Shown piece after piece: positions 52,795-64,000 of a DNA stretch of 64,000 nt. The notes beneath the pieces were generated by a model, which was not told the origin of the DNA, did not search any database, and saw only the letters and a list, made by a program, of their open reading frames with translations. The position numbers and the translations under genes are program-made. Every line of letters starts with the position of its first letter. The stretch's first letter is position 1. This DNA comes from Octopus sinensis (taxonomy: Eukaryota), in contig NC_043009.1 in NCBI RefSeq assembly GCF_006345805.1, positions 61,752,001 through 61,816,000 on the forward strand. The letters are read 5' to 3'.

Positions 52795-54559
52795 AGAGGG
52801 ACAAGCACAGATGTTTTGCTATAGGGCAGGTACATGGCTACCTGTATTATATAAGGGTGATGAGGAGTAATTGGAGAGAAGAACAAAGATGGTAGTGATC
52901 AGGAGCCAGACCAAACTCTCTAACACACACAACTGTGGCAAATTGACAGAGCAGTTAGAGTATTTGATAGAATGCCTTGTGGTATGTGTTCTGCCTCTCG
53001 ATGCTCAAATCCCACCAAGATCAACTTTACTTTTAATTCTTTCTGTTTCTAAGTATAGTTAGGTGCTGACCCACCCCGTCTCTCCGTTCAACTGTCATAT
53101 CCTGAACGATCTATGATGTCAAAGGTGGAAGGGTTTGGAGAGAGTATGCTCAATACTTAACATGGCACTTGAAACCTACTAATGAAATCCTGGTACATGC
53201 TGATACCATTGTCAGTAGTTAGTGAAGGCCATCTATCAATCTGTCTGTCTGCCTTAAAAACAGGCTGGATCTTCCTAATGTTTATATGCTTTCACTACTG
53301 GTTGCATAACCATGACATTTTGCGAGCTATGTCTGTCAACATAATGAATTAAGTCCAACCCCCCAGAAACAGCTGTTGGACTGTAACACCATACCTTCTC
53401 CCACTAATTTCCTATATCTTTGTACTCTGTGTAAGTTTGCTCTGTTAATATATAAATATCTATTAATATATAGTTATTCATTGTCTGAATATTTTCAGTC
53501 TATGTTTTCTCTCTATTTTTATTTGTTTATTTACATCATTATCTCCATATGTGTTCACTTGGATTCCTCTTATAGCCACTCTTTACTCCGCAGACTTAAT
53601 CCTCAGTAAAGATTTCAGAGTGTAAGTTCAAATCATTTGAGTGCTACTAAGTATTTTCTATATTGAACATCTCTGGATCTCATCTGTTGACTCTGTCTGT
53701 CTGTCTCTATGTGTGTGTGTGTGTAGGGGGAAGCACCCTGGGCAAGTGTTCTCTAATAAAGCCTTGTGAGTGGATTTGGTTCATGGAAACTGAAAGAAGC
53801 TCATCATATACATGCATGAATATACATATGTATATATGTTTATGTATGTGTGTGTGTATGTTTGTTTACATTTGTACTCATGAGCTACAAATGACAGTGT
53901 TATTTATCCTGTCAACAAGTCATCTGCTGGCTTTGCACTCTTGAAAACATTGAAATAGGGTATCCTTGGAAAATGGGTGAAGATTAAAGACAGGAAGGGC
54001 GTCCAACTGTAAATTGCATGATGCTTTGTTGCTATTTCTAGCAAATCCGAGTGACTCCTCTGTAGAAGATCTATCGTTTAACCCATGCTAACATTGAAAA
54101 CAGATGCTAAATATGAACTAACAAATATATATGCAAACACATGTACATATGTACTTGGGTTCAGTGTTATACAAACAACTAGAACAGTGCCTTTATCTAA
54201 AACAGAGGAGGCAACACTTTGGATCTTAGTTTCACAAGCAACCTAGATAGACATTCAACAAGAAACACTGAAACTCTATGCAACCTGAACTTCCTCAGAG
54301 CAAACTGGAATTGATTCAGAAAGAGATCCAGTAAAAGAACTGAAATGGCAGTCTGTGTGACAATAGCATAAAGCTTGAAGATCTTATATCAGTAATGCAA
54401 GCCTTATACTTAAAATTTGCCCTTGAGAGAAGAGGGAAACCCAGGAAGACATGAGTGATGGCTAATCTCAAGATGTTGAGCTTCACGGAGATGACAAAGG
54501 ACTGGGATGATTGGCAATTTGCTGTGTTTGAGAAGGCTCATCTGTCTTCCCGAAAGTGA

Positions 54560-55685
54560 GGTCCTAAAAGCATTGTGCTTTTCTCTATACACTCACTGGA
54601 CTCTGCCCCTGCTCTCTCTCTGTCAAGCTTTCTTCATTTCTCACATTCTTAACACCTACCCCTCAACTCTCCTAACTTACTGCACCATTCAGCTGCTATA
54701 ATTATAAGAGAGCAGAATATGCACATATAGTGACCTCCTCTCCTTGGAATCACAGCTTTTTAAAAGCCATCCCTCATTCTTGATATCACCCCTTTCCACT
54801 TTATTTTCACCAATCACCTCTTTTTGTGTCTCCTTGTGATATATCTTAGGCCTGTTGTTAACTTATCTTTAACACTCTCTTATCTGCTGTCATTCTTATC
54901 ATCCTGTCATATCTGCAGTGATGGCTTCTCCTTCACTATACCCACCCCTTCATACCTCTGACATCCATCTGGGTCACTGTATACTTCTCTTGCTTCCTCT
55001 TCCTCTCTCTCCCCACACATCATTTCCATGTTTCCTGATCTCTTATACTACTGTTCTTCTCCATTCCTCTACTGTCACTTATCACCTCCTCCTTCCTGAG
55101 CCACTCTTATTCATTCACCTCCAACTCACACTGATATTTACCTTTAACCATACCACCACCACCTATGTCCCTCTCATTATTCATTATATTCACCTCTACA
55201 ACCATCTCTATTCCAGATGCATTGTATTCTCGCTTATACTCACCTTGTATTTTGAGAATACACTCTAACATCTCGTCATTACCATCTTTATCCTTCTTTC
55301 CATCTACTCCTACCCACCGTTATATGATGCAAGGGTAGCCATGTATCTCCTCTACAGCAAAACACTCGTGCCTGTCCTTCTATCATACTTTAGCCCCTCA
55401 ACATTTTGCATAAAACCATCTCCCTCTCTACCACAACGACGCTCTGCTGAGGGAGAGTCTTTTCGTTTTTTTGCGAGTTACTTGGTAACTTCACAAGCGC
55501 CTGTGTCATGAAAAACAACACCTAGTACACACTGTCAATTGTTTGGTTCTAAGAAGGGCATCCAGCTGTAGAAACCAAGCCAAAATAGACATTAGAGCTT
55601 GGTGTAGTCCTCTGGCTTGTTGGATCCTCCCAAACGATTTCACTCATGCCAGCATCGAAGACAGATGTTAAATGACAATGATGCA
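54560..55685 (+). mobile_element. Long pyrimidine-rich 3' region ending in an RTE-type tail; inverted homologue at ~33040-33700
   Basis: Shared block GGTAGCCATGTATCTCCTCTACAGCAAAACAC / reverse complement of 33060-33125; ends ...GTTAAATGACAATGATG. Confidence 0.55.
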
Positions 55686-55715
55686 TATACACATGGGTTC
55701 ATAGGCATAAAAGCA

Positions 55716-56256
55716 CATGAGGTCTGGTCAAAAAGTTTTGGGATAGTTGCTATGGTAATGGAGCTAAAGTACACAGAATGAAGCCACTTGGCACAGATTG
55801 ACTTTGTTGCACATGGACACTGAGTTATAACATACTTGCTCATTTCTGTTGTTTATAACAGAGCTTGGAATTAAAGCGTGTAGGGTGTGGTCATCTCACC
55901 ACCACACCATACAGATTCCACCAGTGACTGTGGCAGTGAAAATATAGGTATGTGCATGTAAATGCATGGAAACAGACACATCTTGTAGGTTATTATGACC
56001 AAGAATCTTTCCAAAAATCAAGTCCCACTTGAAAGGAACAAGGTTTCAAGATGTCGAGGAAATCCGAAAAAATGCGATGAAGCAGCAGCTTGCTATCCTG
56101 AAAAAAGGAGTTCTAGGAATGCTTCCATCAATGGAAATGACTCTGGATAAATTGTGTGACTTCAGAAGGAGACTACTTCAAAGGAGATTAAATGCCAAAT
56201 TGATATGTGTTGTAATTATCTTTCTATAGCACCAATCCTGATATTTTTGCTATGTT
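55716..56256 (+). mobile_element. Internally deleted mariner-like element
   Basis: Degenerate TIRs (GAGGTCTGGTCAAAAAGTTTTGGGATAGTTGCTAT / ATAGCACCAATCCTGATATTTTTG) and transposase C-terminal remnants (KGTRFQDVEEIRKNA..., EGDYFKGD*). Confidence 0.7.
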
Positions 56257-56934
56257 GGACCACTGAACAGTTTGGGAGGATCCAACAAGCCAGAGGACCA
56301 CACCAAGCTCTAATGTCTATTTTGGCTTGGTTTCTACAGCTGGCTGCCCTTCTTAGAACCAACCAATTTACAGTGTGTACTAGGTGCTTTTGTTCATGAC
56401 ACAGGCACTCGCAAGACAAGGAAAAGATCGTCTCTCAACTGTAGTAGAGAGAGAGATGGCTAAAGTATGATGACAGGCAGGCACAAATGTTTTACGTATA
56501 TATATATTTACACACACACATATACATACACATACATGTGTATGCAGTTTTCAGTTGCTTGAAGATAGTAACTGTATCTCCCCCATACATATCTTATTAC
56601 AAAAATTGAGAATTGTTAACCTGTTAAACACTCTGAAGTGTGCTATGTAGTTTTTTTTTTCAAGGTAAACTGGAGATTAGAGTTTCCCATTTTAAAGTAG
56701 ATTGCACCTAAATACTGAGAATGTTTATAGTTTTTCTCATTGTGTTATTAGCTGGTTCATTAAATAGATATAATCGTATTGTGGTAATTGCTAGATGGTT
56801 AGTTATGGAAATTAATTTTCTTTTAGAGGAATCAAATGGTTGACCATTTTTGTTTGCCGATGCCCTCAGTCATACGTCCAACCCATGCTAGCATGGAAAG
56901 CGGACGTTAAACGATGATGATGATTTATATATAT

Positions 56935-57135
56935 AAATATCGCCATGATAGATCGTTAGCCACTACACACATTTTTTTCTCTTCTTGTTTTTTTCTGTGT
57001 CCCTTTCTGTAGAAGAGCGTAGGCTCAAAATGTAAAAGACATTTTCTATTCCTGAGTGTTATACTAATACATCTGTTTGATTTGTACACCACCTGTCTTC
57101 GTCTTTTGTTTTTTTTGTAAACTCTCCCCATATAT
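56935..57135 (+). mobile_element. pLTR-like repeat carrying the hammerhead-like motif; inverted paralogue at ~59100-59270
   Basis: Long match to the reverse complement of 59100-59270 (CACCACCTGTCTTCGTCTTTTGTTTTTTTGTAAACTCTCCCC); microsatellite flanks. Confidence 0.65.
57003..57038 (+). ncRNA. Decayed copy of the variant hammerhead-like motif
   Basis: CTTT-CTGTAGA-A-GAGC-GTAG-GCTC-AAAA-TG-TA-AAAG; GAAAC has become AAAAT through two CpG-type transitions. Confidence 0.45.
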
Positions 57136-57547
57136 GTATATATATATACATACACAGAAGCACACTTATACAAGCATATATACACACACTTATATTCATG
57201 TGTGTGTGTGTGTATATTATATACACAGAGGCACACTTATACAAGCAGATATATACACACCCATACATTCGTGTGTGTGTGTGTTTGTATGTATATATAT
57301 ATCATCATTCATCTTCATCATGTTAATGTCCGCTTTTCTATAGTTGGATGCCCTTCTGGTCACCAAACCTCACCTGTTTCCAAGCAAAGTATTATTTTTC
57401 TATGGCCAGACATGTTCTTGCAGAATATTGGAAATGAGCGACACTGTTGGTATGAGACAGTGATGAACATTTTACAGTGATCACATGATGTCAAGACTAG
57501 GAGTCATATACACCCTTTTACATGCATATATTTATATATACACACTA

Positions 57548-57920
57548 TAGGCGCAGGAGTGGCTGTGTGGTAAGTAGCTTGCTAACCAACCACACGGTTG
57601 CGGGTTCAGTCCCACTGCGTGGCATCTTGGGCAAGTGTCTTCTACTATAGCCCCGGGCCGACCAATGCCTTGTGAGTGGATTTGGTAGACGGAAACTGAA
57701 AGAAGCCTGTCGTATATATGTATATATATGTATATGTGTGTGTTTGTGTGTCTGTGTTTGTGTTTGTCCCCCTAGCATTGCTTGACAACCGATGCTGGTG
57801 TGTTTACGTCCCCGTCACTTAGCGGTTCGGCAAAAAGAGACCGATAGAATAAGTACTAAAAGGTGGTGCTCCAGCATGGCCGCAGTCAAATGACTGAAAC
57901 AAGTAAAAGAGTAAAAGAGA
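57548..57920 (+). mobile_element. SINE family A
   Basis: TAGGCGCAGGAGTGGCTGTGTGG head through GAGTAAAAGAG tail. Confidence 0.9.
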
Positions 57921-58215
57921 GAGAGGCGCAATGGCCCAGTGATTAGGGCAGCGGACTCGTGGTTGGAAGATCGCAGTTTCGATTCCCAGACCGGGTGTTG
58001 TGTGTGTTTATTGAGCAAAAACACCTAAAAAGCTCCATGAGGCTCTGGCAGGGGATGGTACTGACCCCCTGTTGTACTCTTTCGCCACAACTTTCTCTCA
58101 CTCTCTCTTCCTATTTCTTGAGTAATGCTGCGATGGACTGACGTCCCGTCCAGCTGGGGAGAACACATACGCCACAGAAACCGGGCCCATGAGCCTGGCT
58201 AGGCTTGAAAAGGGT
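57921..58215 (+). mobile_element. tRNA-derived SINE, family B (related heads at ~4755-5098 +, 22312-22515 +, 3308-3552 -, 23130-23352 -, 38975-39272 -, 60905-61215 -)
   Basis: Head GAGGCGCAATGGCCCAGTGATTAGGGCAGCGGACTCG...GTTTCGATTCCC with A/B-box-like motifs. Confidence 0.8.
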
Positions 58216-59193
58216 GATGTTTATCGTTATATATACACATACATATATGCACATATGTATGTGCACACACACACATATATTTTGGTTTCAAATCTTTGCA
58301 CAAGGCCAGCAGGTTCAGGGAATGGGGGTTTAGTTGATTACACTGACCCCAGTGCTTAACTGGCGCTTATTTTATCAACCCCAAAAGGGATGAAAGGCAA
58401 AGTCGATCTTGGTGGAATCTGAGCCAGACTGTAAAAACAGAAGAAATACCTCTAAGCATTTTGTCTGATGTGCTAACAATTCTGCTAGCTCATTACCTTG
58501 TCCCCTCCCCCCATGCATATGCACTCATACATTGTGTGTATGTATAAGTGATATTTGGATCTACTTGTCATACATAAGGAATTACCCTGGATGTTAATTC
58601 TATTTGAATTTATTGATATTTGATTAATATAGTTAACCAAGTTCATTTAACACTGAGTACTTTCTTCATATCTGTCAGAATTTATTAATCCCTTTTACCT
58701 TTTGTTTTATATATATATATATCATCATCATCATCGTTTAACGTCCGTTCTCCATGCTAGCATGGGTTGGACGGTTCGACCTGGGATCTGGGAAGCCAGA
58801 AGGCTGCACCAGGCTCCAGTCTTATCTGGCAATGTTTCTACAGCTGGATGCCCTTCCTAACGCCAACCACTCCGTGAGTGTAGTGGGTGCTTTTTACGTG
58901 CCACCTGCACAGGTGCCAGGCGAGGCTGGCAACGGCCACGGTCGGATTGGTGTATTTTACGTGCCACCGGCACGGGAGCCAGTCGAGGCGGCGCTGGCAT
59001 CGGCCACGAGTCGGATAGTGCTTTTTACGTACCACCAGACCAGGGATCCTGGCTGGTTCAATTCGATGCATATATATATACATAGCAAGTATGTATATAC
59101 GTCGGGGGAGAGTTTACAAAAAAAACAAAAGACGAAGACAGGTGGTGTAGACAACAAACATGTATTAGTTTAATGCTTGAGAAGTGAAAAAGT

Positions 59194-59229
59194 CTTTAAC
59201 GTTTCGAGCCTATGCTCTTCCACAGAAAG
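59194..59229 (-). ncRNA. Variant minimal hammerhead-like motif in a ~200-bp pLTR-like repeat
   Basis: CTTT-CTGTGGA-A-GAGC-ATAG-GCTC-GAAA-CG-TT-AAAG. Perfect stems I and II, but U at A6 and an extra A after A9. Confidence 0.55.
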
Positions 59230-59469
59230 GAACACAGAAAGAAACAAGGAGAGAAAATAAAGAATGTATATATGTATGTTTATAATAAATCATAATCTAA
59301 GAAGACTGGTCATGTTCTATGTCAGCATAAATTGCATTCACTGGAAAAAGTAAATATATGTGTCAAGGAGAATGGAGTTTCTGATGTTTCAGACAGAATC
59401 CTTCTGCTGAGTTAAGATTAAAGAAGGGAAAAAAAATTTAAGACAGAAGTTTTATCCTTTGTATTGGAG

Positions 59470-59905
59470 TGGCTGATATGGAATGCAAAAGAATATGAGG
59501 GTGCATGTGTAGACGGGAGTTAATGGGAGAGAGAAAGTCGGTGGGAGAGTGATAAGGAAGGAAGGAAAGGAAAGGCAGAAGGGGGAAAAAAGCCCGGTGG
59601 GAAGATGGGGAAAATTAGAGTGAAAAGAGAGCTAAAGGATAAAGGAAACATTACATTAAATGAGCTGGTGGTGGGTAGATGGAGAAATGTTCATTTAAAC
59701 CTATTTGTGCGATGGATCTCAGTTTGAATATGACAGAATGTTCCTTGTGCTACCTTGGAGATGTAGGACTTTGATAAATGAGTAATGTAGTGGCCTGTTG
59801 TGTTAAAGTGGGTAGCAATAGGTCGGCTTTGCATACGTATGAATGTTTGGGAAAGTTACTGATGAGGCGATGGCCTGTTTCACCAACAACGTAAAGGGCA
59901 CAAAC
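59470..59905 (-). mobile_element. Penelope-like element fragment (GIY-YIG endonuclease remnant plus pyrimidine-rich 3' region)
   Basis: Minus strand encodes CALYVVGETGHRLISNF and, after a frameshift, PIATHFNTTGHYITHLS, both typical of the PLE GIY-YIG domain. Confidence 0.75.
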
Positions 59906-60299
59906 GTTCACGTATATATAGATATACATGCGCTCATGTGCTAAACTCATGCACACCCGCACACGTGCATATGTAAGGCTCCTACAGAGGCAAGCACACA
60001 CACAAACACATATGCTCAGATGGTAGTCATACAGGATGTGAACAAATACCTTGCAATCATACTGTATTGCTGTATGTTGTCCTTGTCAGATATATTTATA
60101 TATACATTTGGTAAATGATGGACAGAGAGAGAAAGGGAGTATTGTTCATATCACAAGTGCCAAACTAAACTCTCTCTCTCTCTCTCGCTTTCACCACTTT
60201 AGCCGAGAAGGAATATTTTATTGTTTTCATTTTAAAAAATTTCACTGTTATGGTCCAATATTTTAACACTTCTCTATGGTTCTTCTCTCTCTCTCTCTC

Positions 60300-60393
<94 letters not shown>

Positions 60394-60395
60394 GG

Positions 60396-60487
<92 letters not shown>

Positions 60488-61734
60488 CACACACACACAC
60501 ACACATATATATATTATTATTACATTAATAAGACTGTTATTTAATTTATTTTGACATCGCCGTAGTGGGGGGGATGATGGTGGTGGTAGTGATAGTAGTA
60601 ATAGCAGCAGTAGTAGACATGATGTGGTAGAAGTAAGATTGGAGTGGTGATGGTGATAGTAACAGTGATGATGATGGTGATGATAACAGATGTTGATGGG
60701 GGTATTGGTGATGATTGTTGCTATTTAGCATCAGGCCAGTTTTGACCAAGCATATCTGTGATTATAGGCATTTGGGCTGTACCCATCCCATCTTTCCAGG
60801 CACACTGTACTTGGAGACCTCGTTAGGCAATTTAATCATGTTCCCTTTTCAGACAGTAGAATGTGATTTGACATAATTTTATCAACTCTGGAAAGATGAA
60901 TGGCTAAGTTGATTCTAACACTCTGGTACTCTGTCGTTATGACGACGTGGGTTCCAGTTGATCCGATCGACGGAACAGCCTGCTTGAACTCCATCTACAC
61001 ATGTACCCTTAATGTAGTTTCTAGGGAGATTCAGCATGACACAGAGAGTAACAAAGTTGCCCTTTTGAAATACAGGTACTACTCATTTTTGCCAGCTAAT
61101 TGGACTGGAACAGTGTGAAATAAAGTGTCTTGCTGAAGGACACAATGCGTCGCCGGGAATTGAACTCCTGACCTTTTGATCATGACCCAAATACCCTAAC
61201 CTCTAGGCCATGTACCTTCATGATTTTAACAGTATTTATTTAGTAATAATTAAATCGTTTCCAATTTGGGTACAATTTGAGGAGAGGGAATTTGTTGATA
61301 CCATTGATCTCAGTATTTGACTGGTACTTATTTTATCAGCCCTGAAAAGACGAAAGGCAAAGGTTGGCCTTGGCAGAATTTGAATTCGGAATGTAAAGAG
61401 TTAGCAGAAATCCAACGGATCATTTCTCTGGCACCCTAACAATTCTGTTAGATCACCACCTTTGAAATTTTTTTTGAAAAAGTGGTTGGCATTAGGAAGG
61501 GCACCTGGCTGTAAAAAACATGCCAAAACAAACCTCGCTGATGTTGGTGCTACATAAAAGCACTTGGTCCACTCTGTGAAGTGGTTGGTGTTAGGAAGGG
61601 CATCCAGCTGTAAAAACCTTGCCACATCAGAGTGGAGCCTGGTGCAGCCTCCTGGCTTGCCAGTCTTCAGTCAAACTGTCCAACTCATACCAACATGGAA
61701 AGTGGACATTAAACGATGATGATGATAGACGCAG

Positions 61735-62025
61735 ATGGGGGCTGTGTGGTAATAAGTTTGCTTCCCAACTATATGGTTTTGGGTTCAGTCCCACTGCATG
61801 GCACCTTGGGCAAGTGTCTTCCACTATAGCCTCAGACTGACCAAAGCCTTCTGAGTGGACTTGGTAGACAGAAACTGAAAGAAGCCTGTTGTATTTGTAT
61901 ATGCATCTGCATGTGTGTGTTTGTGCTTCATCACCATTTGACAACCGGTGCTGGTGTGTTTACATCCCTGTGACTCAGTGGTTCAGCATGGCCACAATCT
62001 AATGACTGAAACAAGTAAAAGATAA
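61735..62025 (+). mobile_element. SINE family A, diverged
   Basis: Sequence match to family A. Confidence 0.8.
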
Positions 62026-63005
62026 AAAAAGGTATGAGTATGTGTATAAACCTGGGGTGGAGGTGGGGAAAATGTAATACAGTCTCTGAAGACATTAAAA
62101 ATTTGAATAAATTTTTTAAAATACTGCATTTACTTAGGTACATTTTGACCCTGTAATGGGATCTTTATTTTGTGTGCTTAAAAATCAGTATATTTGCCTT
62201 CTTTTTGTACCATTTTACCTTCATACCTCACCTCATCTTACCTATCTACTTATCTATTCACCCTGATGGGGAAGCATGAATGTCTATGCTTACTGTGCAA
62301 TTTCTGTCACATCATTTTACTATTTCTGTTTTAAATTTGTTAAATTATTTTGTCAAATGTTTTTTCTTCTTCTTCCCATTTCTGTAGAGCTGGCCAGCAT
62401 GAATCAACTTGCTAAAATATGAAATATAGAAAATGTTCAAAGATGAACCTTCTTTTTCACTCCAGGGTAATGAGGTAGACACTTAATTGCTCTGAAGTCC
62501 TTTACTGATAACATGAAACACATAATAACTTCCTTTCTATCAAAGTAATTATTAATAAATCCAAATTGCCTCTAGAGAGAGCTCTATTACAAACATCCCT
62601 TCTTATCAAATAACATTTATAACAGCTTCTAATATAGACGTGTGAGAGAAATTTATAGGGCGGGGGGATAAAAATGACTTCAGTTCTTAACTGGTGCTTC
62701 ATTTTATTGCTACCCCTCAGAGGGATGAAAGGCAAAGTTGACCTTGGCAGGATTTGAATTTAAACAATTCTGTTGATCCATTCACCTAATATTAATAATC
62801 CTTTCAACAGTAGCCACATTGCTTGAAGTTTTGGGAGAGGATGGAGCGAGTTGATTACATCAACCCCATTGTGAAACTAGTACTTTGTTTCATTGACCCT
62901 GAAGGACGAAAAGCAAAGTTGACTTTGGTGGAATTTGGAATTTGGAAAAAAATTTTACTAAGCATTTTATCCAGTATGCTAATGATTCTGCTTGTAAGCT
63001 TCCTT

Positions 63006-63077
63006 CATAATAATAATAATAATAATAATAATATTAATGATAATAATGATAATAATAATAATAATAATAATAATAAT
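63006..63077. repeat. (AAT)n microsatellite; many (TA)n, (CA)n and (CAT)n tracts occur throughout the window
   Basis: Directly visible. Confidence 0.95.
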
Positions 63078-64000
63078 CCTTTCTACTGTAGGCACAGGGC
63101 CTGAAATTTGCGGTAGGGGACTAGTTGATTACATCGACCCCAGTGCTCCACTGGTACTTTATTTAATTGACCCCAAAGTGATGAAAAACAAAGTTGATCT
63201 CCGAGTTTTAACTCAGAATGTAAAGACGGATGAAATGCTGCTAAGCATTTTTCCTGGCATGCTACCAATTCTGCCTGCCCACCACTTTAATAATACTACT
63301 ACTAATAATATGATGATGATGATGATAATTTAGATTGGCTCGATGCCGTACTTTTGTAGGATAATTAATTGGATCAGTTATAACTTATTTTATCTTAGAG
63401 AGAGAGATTTAAGTTAGATTACAATATGAATAGAATTGATCATAAATAATAATAAGGATGCTTATTTAATGAAATTCTACTCTTTTTTTTTTTTCACTGA
63501 AGAAGCTCATTTACATTGGTGAGGATAAACTCAACATATGTTATGCAGCAGAATTATAGTCTACCATATAGTCAGGTCTCATCTCTGACCAACAGATGGT
63601 TTAGAGTTGGAAATCATTAGTGACAGGTAAAATTTGGACAACTTTCTGAATCAGGAGTTAAAAAGATAATGATAATCATCACCAATTCTGACTATAAACT
63701 GTCATTGGTCTGTTGGGACCTGACTGCATGGCAGAATAAGTCTGCTGTGCAACAAGTGTTGGTTTCTTCCTCACCAAACAAAACTTCAAACTGAATGAAA
63801 TTTTCTTGCGAAAGCATTTGAATTTTTACTGAAAACATCTGGCTAGATGGCTGATGGTATCACTGTTTGCTTCTATATTACTTATAATTTTTATAGATAT
63901 ATGAATAAAGCAGTGGGGTGAACCTTTACATAAATTGCTTGATTTGCTAAAATTAATGCCAAATCTTCAAGTCACAAAAAAAAAAAGACCCATTGGATTG

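Noticed and set aside
59862-59885. CTGATGA-GGC-GATG-GCC on the plus strand
   Set aside because: It lacks GAAA and stems I/III; it is the antisense of the GIY-YIG coding remnant.

Overview
AT-rich, intron-rich animal genomic DNA. The repeat content looks like an octopod cephalopod genome (inference from SINE/MITE families; species not confirmed). Only two protein-coding exons are supported, and they are divergent first exons: a CABLES-family exon (minus, 29373-28853) and Mind bomb 1 (MIB1; plus, 50350-50605), about 21 kb apart. Positions 1-28852 are presumably CABLES intron, and 50606-64000 is MIB1 intron 1; no further exons were recognised. The rest is a mosaic of tRNA-derived SINEs, RTE and CR1 LINE 3' ends, a decayed full-length mariner, hAT/piggyBac-like MITEs, Helitron/Helentron-like elements, fold-back elements, microsatellites and a 1.73-kb tandem duplication. 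The most notable unannotated signal is a dispersed set of minimal type I hammerhead-ribozyme motifs of Penelope/retrozyme type, mostly next to (TA)n tracts. One has a canonical core and lies in sense orientation to the CABLES gene; one family has a variant core. Also notable are a near-perfect 118-bp palindrome and a TCTCGCGAGA motif upstream of MIB1, and a 5'-truncated tRNA-Glu abutting an RTE-type tail. Nearly all ORF-track entries are microsatellite or repeat artefacts. Repeat boundaries are approximate unless a TSD or TIR is cited.
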